NCBI RefSeq assembly: GCF_009914755.1
Contig: NC_060925.1
From: the human T2T-CHM13v2.0 reference genome, Homo sapiens
Length of the DNA: 64,000 nucleotides
Reading direction: 5' to 3' (one strand)
Shown: positions 42,306 through 58,700 of the stretch, one piece after another
How positions within the stretch are numbered: position 1 is the stretch's first letter
Layout: each line of letters opens with the position of its first letter
Notes under the pieces: generated by a model
Told to the model about the DNA's origin: nothing
Database searches by the model: none
What the model saw: only the letters and a program-made list of their open reading frames with translations
Program-made: the position numbers and the translations under genes

Positions 42306-43984
42306 GAAAATTGCTGGTGTTTCAATATTGGATAAGCATATCTTATATGTAAACACTGAAGGAAGCAATGACAATACTCTCTAGCAAAACGACAACCAAA
42401 AAAATATCAATGAACAGGAAGTTCTGGTACAATGTTATTGAATACCATTAGTGGAGAAGAAAGTAAGATAGCATGCAATAAGGAAGGCCGCAGATAATTC
42501 AGGTTGAGAAAAATGACCAATCATCAGAAAACAATTTATTTTGTAGAAAATGTGGCAAAAATGAACAGAGATTAACACCTATTGCCCATCTTAGAGTATT
42601 AATGGTAACATTATAATTTAACCTATTTTACAACATACAATATGCTACATGTCAGTGTGATCTGAAACATGGGCACAAAATTGAAATCAATGCAGCTAAC
42701 ATCACCTACAACATAAATTTGAATAGAAAAGGATAATTAAGTTGACCCTGAAACAAGGGGGTGACTTTGTTTGCAAAAAAGTGACTTTATTCTACAAAAG
42801 AAGTCCCTTTGCCCAAAATTATTTATATCACATTTCCTTTAAATGGCAAATTCTAAATAAACATTCTGATAAATTTTAGATATGATTCTCCCTGCCCTTT
42901 TTGGATCCTCAACAGAGAAAGCTGTTACCATTCTTTGGCATCATTTGCGCTGGAAACACTGCTGAAGGATAGTACAAAATGATTTAATATCAGGATTAGG
43001 AGTGACAGTCTGACTGATAATTGAAAGCACCCTTCTCCAAATTCATAATGCCTTTCTCTAAGAGAGTTTCCAGTCCTTAGAATGACCTCAGCTGAATCAG
43101 AGATAGTATGTAGGCCATTATACTATAATTTATCAGTTAAGATGTTTTTATGCTGAGCTTGTTTCATTCTCTTTCCTTATCATCTGACTGTAATTAAATT
43201 GGTCTTTCTAATATTACTCACTGCAATTAAACTTTACTTTTGTTAACTTTCTGGTATATTTCTTGGGATATAGTTTTTTTTCCCACCCTGAGTTAATGCA
43301 ACAATTGGAAACTTGCGTTGTGACCTTTCCAGATCCTTCTACTAGCCTCTTAGAACAGTAGGCAGCAAAGTTTTCACTGAGATGGTGCTGCTCCTATGGT
43401 ACCATCTGCTGAAATTACTCAGCCTAAGCATACTCTCTCTAAGCCCTTGCCTTTTGACTCTGACCCTCTACAGAGCATTACATGGGTTAATCCTTCCTCA
43501 GGTTGGTTTCTCTGTAGATCAAGAAATTTAAACACGAATGCACTTATTGGGAAAGAATAAGGATGACCTGTTTCTAAAGATAATTCCCCATAGAGGCAGG
43601 ACTAATATCCAAAGAATGTCAGTGCCCACACAAAGGTTTTTAAGGTAGGGCTTGCACACATTTCTGTTGGAGAATTCAAGTAGTGACACGTTCAAATGGT
43701 TACTGATTCGGAAACTGTCTAGAAGAGAACAACTATTCTTCTTTCTGAAAGGGTGTCTGTGAGAGAAAGTTGCCTGCACTGCACACTGACAACATTGCTG
43801 AGAGGTTGGTCTGATGTGTTGGAAATATCCCCTAAGAAACAGCAACTTGAATGAAAAAGAAAAAATAAGTAATTAGATATTATGGATTTTGAGATGATTG
43901 ACTAAATTTTGAATCAAATAATATGAAATTTGGAATAAAAAATATAATGTAGACCTACTTGATAGCTGGCCCCGTGTAGTTCCC

Positions 43985-45290
43985 ATATCTTATTTTTAAT
44001 ATGAAATATTTGAACAGTACAGAAAAGTATAAGGGTAATATCGCATCCACCCTACCATCTGTATGTAAGTTTACTTTGGGTCTTCTTAATAAGGTTCTTC
44101 CTCTTTTTCCATTCTATGAAAGAGTCGTGCGAAATAAGGATAATGGTTTCTTAAAAGTTTAGCGAATGTTAACTAGTGGGCCTGGTGCTTTTAGGGGGAG
44201 GAGTAGTAGAATTTGACTACAGAGTCAATCTCTTTAATTGCTACTGGTATATTTATTTTTTAGCTTTTTAAGTCAGTTTTAGGATTTAAATCTTTTCAGA
44301 AGATTGCACCTTTCATCCATGTTTTAAAAGATCGCTATAAAGTTGATGATAGTATTATCTTACATATTTTAAAACTTCTGCCATATCTGTAGTTATATTT
44401 CTATCATGATTATATATGCTCTTTTTATTCGTTAAGTTTTTGATTGGTCTCATAAACAGTTTATAATTTTGTCTTCTCAGAAAATCAGCTTTTGATTTGT
44501 TGAACACCTCTACTGTTTCTCAGTTTTCTATTTTATTCATTCTTTGCCCTTGCTTCTATTACTAAAAGTTGGACCCTGGAACCAGAGTGTCTGGATTTAC
44601 ATCCAGCCCTGCTCCTATCTGATTTGTGTGACTATGGACAAGTCTCTTAACTTTTGGGCCTCAGGTTTCCCATAAGTAAACTGAGAATATAATAGTACCT
44701 CCTTCATAGGTTGTTTGTGAAGATTAGTTTCAGTTGTTGTAACTGCTCTATGTGTGCTTAAAAAAAATCATGTAGTCTCTTTATCTGTTGTTTGTGAAAT
44801 TCTCTGTGTGTCTGATTGGAACAAGCGTATTCATTGTTCAATCAGCCCTGACTGATTGGCTCTGACCATCACCACTTGGCCCTCTCCTTATGCCTACCCC
44901 ATTCCCTCACAGCTAAGGCCTGCCCGCCCTGCCCCTGAAAGACAGCTCACCCTGCCCCTCCAGTGGCCTCTCTAGGGTTTTTCTAATGCTGCATTTTGCC
45001 TTGAATTCTATTTTGTGTCTTATTAATATTGCCACCACAGGTTTGTTTAGCTAATATTTGCTCAGTATATTTTTGCCATTCCTTTAACTTTCAACTTTTT
45101 GCTGTCATTATGTTTTCCATGTGTCTCTTATAAGCACCATATAATAGCTGGAATTGGTTTTGTCTTGTTATCAGTATTCCTTCTGAGAATTTCCAACTTT
45201 GTATAGGTAATTATAATCCATTTGCTTTTTTAGTGATTAGTAACAGACTGATTTCTTCCATCTTACTTCATTTTTTAAAAAAAATTATAA
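43985..45290 (-). mobile_element. Old L1M (L1ME-like) fragments with interruptions
   Basis: T-rich L1 antisense motifs (tagtgggcctggtgctt; ctcttataagcaccatata; ttcctttaactttcaac). Confidence 0.55.
44562..44730 (+). mobile_element. MIR
   Basis: tgtgtgactatggacaagtctcttaac...cctcaggtttcccataagtaaactgagaatataatagtacct. Confidence 0.8.
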
Positions 45291-45879
45291 TGCTGCTTCT
45301 CTACCCTTTTGTACCTCCTATTTCGCTAGCTATTCTGTTGGAATACTTTTTAGAAAGGTTTCCTGTAACTCTTTCTGAATGGAAAGGAGATTTGTGAAGC
45401 CATTTGGAGGCTGTGGAGTACCCTCCTGGCCTGTCTGAGCTGGAGTTCATTGACACAGATTTGTTGTGATGAGCCCTTCCTTTTCTCTTCCTTTGCCTCC
45501 CTGAATACATTCTCATTTTCTTCTGTCTTCTTTTTCTCCTTCTCTCCTTCTTTCCATAAGGTTTGTGCAGTGAGTGCAACTTCCTGCATTGCACTGGAAG
45601 CCTCTGATGACTTAATTCACAAGAAATATACCACATTATTGATGCTGCTTATAATTCTACATATGAAATGTACATCACCAACTGAAGGTCACAGTGCAGC
45701 CTGCTGAAGGCTAATTCAGTGGAAACTCTCCTGAATGAATACTCAGGCTACATACAGAAACATGTATTGTTTAGAGTGTGCTTCAGAATACTTATTATAG
45801 TCTTGTTTAATCTGAGACAGATATTCTGTTTGTTTTTCAGAAGGTGTAATGTAGCAGGATAAATTCATTCTAAATACAA

Positions 45880-46240
45880 CAACATGTGAATCAACAAGCT
45901 TTATTGGGCACCACTTCTGGTCGGCGTGCAATACAAGGTGAAGTCCTGTCTTCAAGAAGCTTACTGTCTAATTACAGTTCCCAGGATGGCACCCATGAAT
46001 GGCCAGAGAGCAGGATAATTGTGATAAGTAGTGTGAAGTAGACCACAAGAGCTACAGAGGTGTGCATATGAATGAGTCTAATTGTCTAAGCAAACACTGA
46101 TCCCAATAAGTAGTTATTGGGCAGTTTCTATATGGAGGGCACTCTGCTAGTTGCCATGGTGGACCTACATACACGTGCAGTCTGCCTTTTTGCCTCAGGG
46201 AGCTTACAATTGTTGTAGGGTGACAAGGCAGGCACACTAA
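45880..46240 (-). mobile_element. L2 3' fragments (two)
   Basis: tttattgggcacc...ttcaagaagcttactgtcta; tgcctcagggagcttacaat. Confidence 0.55.
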
Positions 46241-46779
46241 AGTGAAGAATCCTCACAGCAGTTCTTCAAGACTTCAAGCACTTTCAGGTCCAGGGAACAT
46301 TCCTTTTCTTTCTTTTGTTCTGGTTTAAGTTTTCTTTTATTTTGAATTTGAAACAGCAGAATACGGCAGTTTGGCTGAAACAACCTTTAGAGAAAAGAAA
46401 AGCAGAGCCTTTATTAGTTAAAAAAACAAACTCCTAAATGTTAAGCCAGCTGCCCCACCTCCCTCAAAGTAGAGAATAGGGCACAATCAAATCAGGATTG
46501 GTGATGGTCAGCAGATTTACAGCAAAGGTCACCTTTCCAAGTTTCTGCAGTTACAGAAAAAAGGGTGGCATTTAAATTTAAAAACAATCAGCCATTTATA
46601 GACTTCTGACCCATAAAGATTCCTAAAAGTCTTTGTTTCTTTTTCCTTTGGGGAAGTGGTGACTCGAGACAAGTGGATGGTCACAGTTTTCTCCATCTCT
46701 GGGTAGAGAACTTTTTGGTTTCTTCAGCTTTTCAGAAGCAGGTTGGGGATGGGATGGTGGTGCCTTCCTTAATTCCCCC

Positions 46780-47940
46780 TCACTTACGATCCCTGCGAGA
46801 TCTCATCAGTTTCCACTATTTGTATTCCACTATCTGTGTTCATGGCTCCAAAAGTCATGTCTCCATCCTAGTTCTTACTCCCGAGTTTTGATGTGTGTAT
46901 CCAACTGCCTCCTACTTGACTATCTCACAGGCATCTCAAACTCATTAGGTCTAAAATGAAATTCACCTTTTTCCTTACCAATCTGCTCCTGCCCCTGTAT
47001 TTCTATCTCAGTAAATGTCATCCGTGGCCACTCAACTGCTCTAGTCAGAATTCTGGAAATGATCCTCGACTCCCTACTCACTCTGACTTCAAGTCTAACT
47101 TTACCCAATCCTATAAATCCAACCTCCTGTAAATCCAACCTTTCTTCCCCACTGAGATGGCTTTAATTCATTTCATACATAGTTTACTAAAATTGCTTCC
47201 TAACAAGCCTCTCTGCCTAGGGCCTGTCCTCCCTTTCAGTCCACTCTTGCCTTAATGAACCTTATAAAAGACAAATCTGATCAGGTTATTTCCCTGTTTA
47301 CAATCCTTCAAAAGTCCCCCATTAGTGTAAGGATAACATATGGGCTTTTGGGCATAGTGCACTCTTCCTTATTCAGCTCACACTACTTCTTGATGTCCCT
47401 CTCTTACCTCTTCTGTGCATGCTAGCCATACTCAATTCATTGTGCTTTCCTTTCCTGCAGCCTCTGTGGATGCTACTTTGCCTGAAAGGAGCTTTCCTCT
47501 TTTTACCTGGCTCACTTCATCATTTCTTTAAGACTCTGCTCTGGTGATACCTCCTCCAAAAAACTTTCCCTGCGGGACCATCTTCACGAGTGCCCATCAT
47601 CACCTATAGGCTGTCAGGTGCCACCTTCAGTGTTTCCTCTGTAACATTCAGTGTTAAGAATGTTCATTTTAGGCTAGGCACGTGTAATCCCAGCACTTTG
47701 GGAGGCCGAGGCTGGAGGATCACTTGAACCCAGGAGTTTGAGACCAGTCTGGGCAACAAAGTGAGACCCTGTTTCTACAAAAAATTTTTTTAAAATGTTC
47801 ATTTTAGTGGGCAATGCTTAGCTTCCAGTGAACTTCAAACCTCTGAGGGCAGGAAATATGTCTCTTCCATCTGCACTCCCAAAGATTAGCTCACCTCACA
47901 CTATTGAGCAGTCAATGGCTGTTTGCTTAATGAATGTTGG
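46780..47940 (+). mobile_element. L2
   Basis: tatccaactgcctcctacttgac...tctcacaggcatctcaaactca...ctctgagggcagg...tgtttgcttaatgaatg. Confidence 0.85.
47672..47793 (+). mobile_element. FLAM_C-like Alu monomer
   Basis: Single monomer; TSD aatgttcatttta (47659-47671 / 47794-47806). Confidence 0.88.
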
Positions 47941-48091
47941 CAATTAGACATACTATTAGATGTTAAGTGAGGGATATAGATTTCTGGGGAGGGAAGGATC
48001 TTGGTTCTCTAGAGATGAGTTGTGGGAAGGGTGGCCCAGGTGATAGAAAAATCTTGAGTGAATGTGCAAGAGTGAGAATGCAAGAGAGTCT

Positions 48092-49107
48092 AAGATGGCC
48101 GAATAGGAACAGCTCCAGTCTACAGCTCTCAGCATGAGCAATGCAGAAGACAGATGATTTCTGCATTTCCAGCTGAGGTACTGGGTTCATCTCACTGGGG
48201 ATTGTTGGACACTGGGTGCAGGACAGTGGGTGCAGTGCACTGAGCATGAGCTGAAGCAGGGTGAGGCATCGCCTCACCCGGGAAGCGCAAGGGGTCAGGG
48301 AATTCCCTTTCCTAGCCAAGGGAAAGGGGTGACAGACGGCACCTGGAATATCGGGTCACTCCCACCCTAATACTGCGCCTTTCCAATGGTCTTAGCAAAT
48401 GGCACACCAGGAGATTATATCCCACGCATGGCTCAGAGGGTCCCACTCCCACAGAGCCTCACTCATTGCTAGCACAGCAGACTGAGATCAAACTGCAAGG
48501 CAGCAGTGAGGCTGGGGGAGGGGCGCCCGCCATTGCTGAGGCTTGAGCAGGTAAACAAAGCAGCCGGGAAGCTCGAACTGGGTGGAGCCCACCGCAGCTC
48601 AAGGAGGCCTGCCTGCCTCTGTAGACTCCACCTCTGGGGGCAGGGCATAGCCGAACAAAAGGCAAAAGAAACCTCTGCAGACTTAAATGTCCCTGTCTGA
48701 CAGCTTAGAAGACAGTAGTGGTTCTCCAAGCATGCAGCTGGAGATCTGAGAACAGACAGACTGCCTCCTCAAGTGGGTCCTTGACCCCCGAGTAGCCTAA
48801 CTGGGAGGCACCCCTGAGTAGGGGCAGACTGATACCTCACACAGGCGGGTACCCCTCTGAGACAAAACTTCCAGAGGAACGATCAGGCAGCAACATTTGC
48901 TGTTCACCAATATTCTCTGTTCTGAAGCCTCTGCTGCTGATACCCAGGCAAACAGGTCTGGAGTGGACCTCCGGCAAACTCCAATGGACCCGCAGCTGAG
49001 GGTCCTGACTGTTAGAAGGAAAACTAACAAACAGAAAGGACATCCACACCAAAACCCCATCTGTACATCACCGTCATCAAAGACCAAAGGTAGGTAAAAC
49101 CACAAAG
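48092..49107 (+). promoter_or_regulatory. L1 5'UTR internal sense/antisense promoter with YY1 site
   Basis: AAGATGGCCG at 48092; 1016 bp to the ORF1 ATG; many CpGs decayed. Confidence 0.8.
48459..48533 (-). pseudogene. L1 ORF0, truncated at 24 aa
   Basis: MAGAPPPASLLPCSLISVCCASNE* matches the ORF0 N-terminus as I recall it, followed by a premature TGA. Confidence 0.7.
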
Positions 49108-50124
49108 ATGGGGAAAAAACAGAGCAGAAAAACTGAAAATTTTAAAAATCAGAGCCCCTCTTCTCCTCCAAAGGAACGCAGCTCCTCACCAGCAATGGAC
49201 CAAAGCTGGATGGAGAATGACTTTGATGAGTTGAGAGAAGAAGGTTTCAGATGATCAAACTTCTCCGAGCTAAAGGAGGAATTTCGAACCCATGGCAAAG
49301 AAGTTAAAAACCTTGAAAAAAGATTAGACGAATGGCTAACTAGAATAGCCAATGCAGAGAAGTCCTTAAAGGACCTGATGGAGCTGAAAACCACGGCATG
49401 AGAACTACGTGACGAATGCACAAGCTGCAGTAGCTGATTTGATCAACTGGAAGAAAGGGTATCAGTGATGGAAGATCAAATGAATGAAATGAAGCAAGAA
49501 GAGAAGTTTAGAGAAAAAAGAATAAAAAGAAATAAACAAAGCCGCCAAGAAATATGGGACTATGTGAAAAGACCAAATCTATGTCTGATTGGTGTACCTG
49601 AAAGTGAAGGGGGGAATGGAACCAATTTGGAAAACACTCTGCAGGATATTATCCAGGAGAACTTCCCCAATCTAGCAAGGCAGGCCAACATTCAAATTCA
49701 GGAAATACAGAGAATGCCACAAAGATACTCCTCGAGAAGAGCAACTCCAAGACACATAATTGTCAGATTCACCAAAGTTGAAATGAAGGAAAAAATGTTA
49801 AGGGCAGCCAGAGAGAAAGGTCGGGTTACCTACAAAGGGAAGCCCATGAGACTAACAGCTGATCTCTCGGCAGAAACTCTACAAGCCAAAAGAGAGTGGG
49901 GGCCAATATTCAACATTCTTAAAGAAAAGAATTTTCAACCCAGAATTTCATATCCAGCCAAACTAAGCTTCATAAGTGAAGGAGAAATAAAATCCTTTAC
50001 AGACAAGCAAATGCTGAGAGATTTTTGTCACCACCAGGCCTGCCCTACAACAGCTCCGGAAGGAAGCACTAAACATGGAAAGGAACAACCGGTACCAGCC
50101 ACTGCAAAAACTTGCCAAATTGTA
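49108..50124 (+). pseudogene. L1 ORF1p, disrupted
   Basis: ATG GGG AAA AAA CAG start; in-frame TGAs from CGA decay (near 49253, 49399, 49435); frameshift near 50021; RRM/CTD peptide in ORF 49465-50181. Confidence 0.93.
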
Positions 50125-50173
50125 AAGACCATCAAGGCTAGGAAGAAACTGCATCAACTAACAAGCAAAATAA

Positions 50174-54012
<3,839 letters not shown>

Positions 54013-55631
54013 ACAATGAGAACACATGGACACAGGATGGGGAACATCACACACCAGGGCCTGTTGTGGGATGGTGGGAGGGGGGAGGGATAGCATTAGG
54101 AGATATACCTAATGTGAATGACGAGTTAATGGGTGCAGCACACCAACATGGCACATGTATACATATGTAACAAACCTGCACATTGTGCACATGTACCCTA
54201 AAACTTAAAGTATAATAAAAAAAAATTCTGGATTAAAAAAAAAAAAAGAGAGTCTGGGAGACCAGGAGGGGTCATGTGGTATTTATAAACTTGTTCCCCA
54301 TACATTTATCAAGTCCCTAACTATGTGTAAAATACCATATATTATTATATAACATTTATTTTAGCTATGTTGATTTTGACTCCAGTTGGATTACAAGTCT
54401 CTCTGAGGGCAAAAACAGTCTTTTTGAACTTATAGTCATCAATTTCCCTTTTAAAAATCATTCAGCCAATGTTTACTGAAAATCTACTATATGCTTGGAG
54501 CTATGATAGAGATATACCAAAGGTAAAGAGACACTTGGTTTTGTCAGGGTGACACCAATAGTTACATATAACACCAAATATAGCTGATCTACTTGAGTTA
54601 TATGATGAATGATGTTTGGGGATCATTGATGGAGGTTATTAATATACAGGAGAGTTGCAAAAGACTCTCAGAGGCAATATGAGCTCAATATACAACTCCC
54701 TATATATGTTCCCAAGTGAGGAATTTCCTCTATGCATCGTTGATAGGAAGTCTTCTCATTTTAATAATGCTGATAGTTATATAAAATGCTTGTTTCCATT
54801 TTGAACCATTATCTTGGATGGAAGTTATTTCTTATAAAGTTATCCAATATTTCTCTCCCTGTAATGTTAATCTATTAATTCTATTTGTGAAGCTACACAT
54901 AATAAGTCTAATTAAAAGAGATATCTTTGCTATTTTCCAAAAATACATTCAGTTCTTTTAACTATTTCTCATTTGAGGCTAGTCTGTAGACATTGTTTAG
55001 ACCTGTTATTTTGGGTTTCTTTCTTTTATGGCAGGGACTGGCACACCTACAACATTGCTGGATGTCTTGATGTTTGCATGGGTAAAACAGTTTTTGAAGC
55101 TCAATAAACAAATGTACTTCATATATTCAAATGTTATGCTCTCCCTAGAAAAGAATATGAGATTAGTAAAGTGGTATAGCCATTATGTCATCCCCTATGC
55201 ACGGCATAGAGTTGTGAAAAATCTGCTGGAAGAGGCCTTAGAGACTTACCTTGTCCAATCTCCTCATTGTGCAGATGGCGAAGCCAAGATCCAGAAAGAT
55301 AAAGTGGCTTTAAAAGTGTACACAGTTAGTTTATTCCCCCAATCTTAAAGTATTTCTAGTTGGTATTTGAAGATGAGGCATGGGAGAGTTTGGGAGCTCA
55401 TTGAAAGATGAAAGTGAAGTAATTATTTATCCTAACTAAAGGAGAATCTAAAATACATGCTTAAAGCATTTTCCAAGTAACTGTTTATATAAGTAATGCT
55501 GTTGCTTTTTCTCTCTTTCCTCAAAGCCTCAGGGATTGGCTATTCTGACCCACAGCTTTATCTGCTGTGGACAATCTTCTATGTCTGTGGTTTATTGGGT
55601 TTAATGATTTATATTTGCAAGGGAATGCTTG

Positions 55632-55865
55632 ACTGGCGTGGGCTGGGTTAGTTCAGCTAGAGAAACTTACTAATAAAGCCAAGGTTGAGGAGTTTGGTCC
55701 CTGTGAGCTCCTCAGCTTTGCTGTGATCCTTAGCTGAGGCAATGCTCCTAATCCCCATTAGTCATTGCACATGTGTGGGCTTTTGAATGCCATGGCTGCA
55801 GGGCCTGGGGAGAGTGAAGAAGGATCATTACTTCCAAATACTCACCTACAATGGAAATCCACACA
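55632..55865 (+). mobile_element. MamSINE1-like tRNA-derived ancient SINE
   Basis: Decayed tRNA head (tagttcagctagag...ctaataaagccaaggtt...gtttggtccctgtg) then cctaatccc...ggagagtgaagaaggatca. Confidence 0.6.
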
Positions 55866-55878
55866 TGTATTAAACACT

Positions 55879-55901
55879 AATGATGATGATGATGATGATA
55901 A
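55879..55901. repeat. (GAT)n microsatellite at a MIR tail
   Basis: direct. Confidence 0.85.
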
Positions 55902-56500
55902 TTAGCGTAGCTAATGTTTATGAAGCACTAAATATGTTGCTGGAACTATGCAAGTATACTTATACAGGCATTATCTTGTTTAATTCTCACAACTCTGTGA
56001 GGTAAGTACTATCATCTCCACTTTAAAGATGGGGGAAATGAGCCTTGAGATAGTCAATTAACTTGTTCAAGTTTAACTGTCTTAGTCTGTTTGGGCTTCT
56101 GTAACAAAAATACCATAAATTGGGTGGCTTATAAACAATAGAAACTTATATTTCAGAATTCTGGAGGTTGGGAAGTTCAAGAGCAAAGTGATGGTAGGTT
56201 CAGTGTCTGGTGTGGGTCCACTTTCTGGTTCAAAGAGGACACTTTCTTGCTGTATCCTTACATGGTGGAAAGGCCAAGGCGGCTCTCTAGGGCCTCTATT
56301 ATAAGTATACTAATTTATTTATGAGGGTTCTGCCCTCATAACCTAATCAACTCCCAAAGCCCCCACCTCCTAATAATGCCACCTTGGGGGTTAGGATTTC
56401 CACATATGACTTTTAGGGGGACATAAACATTCAGTTTATTGCACTGACTAATGTGTAGTAGAGTCTGCCCAAGATTTGAATCTGGGTTTGGCTACAATGT
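55900..56500 (-). mobile_element. MIR split by MLT1A (55900-56077 and 56444-56500)
   Basis: tttaattctcacaactctgtgaggtaagtact...; resumes at ccaagatttgaatctggg. Confidence 0.78.
56078..56443 (-). mobile_element. MLT1A/MLT1A0 solo LTR
   Basis: tgtcttagtctgtttgggct...gggtggcttataaacaa...ggggacataaacattcagtttattgca; 366 bp. Confidence 0.9.
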
Positions 56501-56644
56501 TCATGATCTGATTGAAGCATCCAGCTTTACCAGCCTGAATGCTTGATTATGCATTGGTTACCTCATATATACCTCAATTCATATATTAATTTGCCTGCTC
56601 TTATTTTCTTATTAGTAGGATTGAAAGGCATTAGAGTAAGACAT

Positions 56645-56870
56645 GCTACTTAAGAGCATGGACTCCAATGCTAGAAGTGCTGGGTTCAAATCCTAGCTCT
56701 ACCATGTATATTTTAACTCTGTGACACAGAGAAGGTTGTTAGACCTCTTTGTGCTTCCTCTTTCACATCTGTAAAAATGGGAAAAATAACAGCAAATGCT
56801 TAGGATCTTTGGAAGGATTAAATTAGTTAATACCAATAGAGAGTTTAGAGCAACACCTTGTGTTTATTGC
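56645..56870 (+). mobile_element. MIR
   Basis: ctgggttcaaatcctagctctacca...catctgtaaaaatggg. Confidence 0.82.
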
Positions 56871-58494
56871 AGGATGACCTAATAAGGAACTAACAGCAGC
56901 ATCGTAGTCTTTGAAAAATGTGCTTATTTACATTGTCTTATTATTCCAGGATGCATCACTCTCATACTGCAAGTCTGCATGCTCCTAAAGAGAGGATGAG
57001 AAAGCTGGGCAGCTCACAGAGAGCCACTGGGGAATGTGTATTGAAAACAAGCATAGACTCCTTAAAAAATTATGGAAGGTGGCCCTGTGAAAGTTTAAGC
57101 TTTTGTCACCTCAGCCCCCTCCATTCTTTTTTGAGTGTGCCAGGAACTCATCAGTCATAGAAGGCCATTGTGCAATATCCTTTGCTGGGAAAACAGAACA
57201 TGTATATTGCATTCCCTCCCGTGGCCAACCTGTTCCCATGCTTGTTATCTGGCTCCAGCCTCCCATTAACAGAATCCCTGGGGGAAGAGCAGTTCCCTTA
57301 CATTAGGTAGTAATGCTCTTGTTAATGATAAATTGATGAAGAGCGACTTTTTTACATTAGGTGAATGGTCCTTTGATAATAGGATTGGAATCAGAACAGG
57401 AGTTTTATTTTATTTAGCTGGGAGAGTGAGAACTACCTAAAATATTCTTTTTTTCTTGTCTGTTACTAGAAAGCAATAAAATCAAAGCATTTTTGTTTTC
57501 CATTTAAACAGAACAACTCAAACTGTATGGATGTGACAGGTAGCTTTATTCCTTTTTTCTTTTACACTGTCTTTTGGTGGGTGATGAGTTTCAAAATGGA
57601 TCTTAAGACTTCCACATAAACCATGGTTCATTGATGTTCCCACCATCATTCACCTCACGCCCCCACCTCTCCTCCAGTTGGGCTGAGTGGTGAGAGTGTG
57701 CTTTCAGCTGGATTCTAGGTCTTTTCTTCTATATTGAGGAGTAAAGTTACTCTTTCTAGAGAGGTCTTGTGATTTGGTTCATTTTCAGATGTCTGTGGTC
57801 ACTGTGGCCTGACCTTGGAAAAAATACTGAGTTCTGGATGGCCAGTAGAACTGTAACTGGTTAGTGAAGCTCTTTGGTGTCTAACTAACACCCTGAACAA
57901 TTTGGCCTTCACTTCACCTTTTAGGTTGCGAAAAAATGAGATAAGCTTGTGTGACTGAGAGAGGAAGCTCTATTTCTTAAGAAATTGACCCCATGGTGAT
58001 GGGTACTTTGTTTGTTATGGTTACCTAAATAAAGGCAGCTTGGGGGCCAGCAGGTCCTAGTTACTTAGTCTCTTTTGCTTTGGTTCATGAGACATCTGAG
58101 AAAGAGTCTCCTGTTCTAGATTAAAAGTCCCCTGTAATTTCCCCCAACGATTTTTAAGAAAGAAGAGCTTTTGAGAAATTCTTTAGATTCCTTCCTAAAC
58201 TATACACATTGGAAACTAATCAAAGTCATGTTGACTTGTTATTTAGACCCAGGATCTGTATCAACAAGCATAATCCACCTTTGGGACAAATTATTGAAAG
58301 CAAGTACTTTGGATGTAATTAGCATAGCATACACTTTTGAAAAAAATAGTGTTGGCATTCTGTTTTGGTTGAGTGATTGTAGGTTCATAATAAGTTGCTT
58401 ATTTGCATGATTGATCCTTACTTAGTTTTTTTTCCCCCCAAAATGTTTAGAGGAGAGTAAGTTCTGGGTAGGGATATGTTTTTGAAAAAAGGAA

Positions 58495-58700
58495 AACAAT
58501 AATTTTTGAGCATCTACTATATGTTGGACATTGTGATAGATGCTTTATATAAATTATTTTCTTAGGGCAACCCTGTGAGGTAAATTTTTAAATCAGTTTT
58601 TTACTCATCTAACCAATTAAAAAAAAAACCCAAGACTTGTGATCCCATGGCTAATACATTTGTTGATCTGGGATTCTAACCAGTCTGACTTTCAAGTTTA
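58495..58700 (-). mobile_element. MIR
   Basis: ttgagcatctactatatg...caaccctgtgaggta...ctgggattctaacc. Confidence 0.65.

Noticed and set aside
45301-45707. E/K/R-rich ORFs that look like a coiled-coil protein or processed pseudogene
   Set aside because: The composition is explained by the purine/pyrimidine tract; no poly(A), TSD or recognisable homologue
55632-55715. tRNA gene
   Set aside because: A and B boxes are decayed and there is no cloverleaf; it is a SINE head
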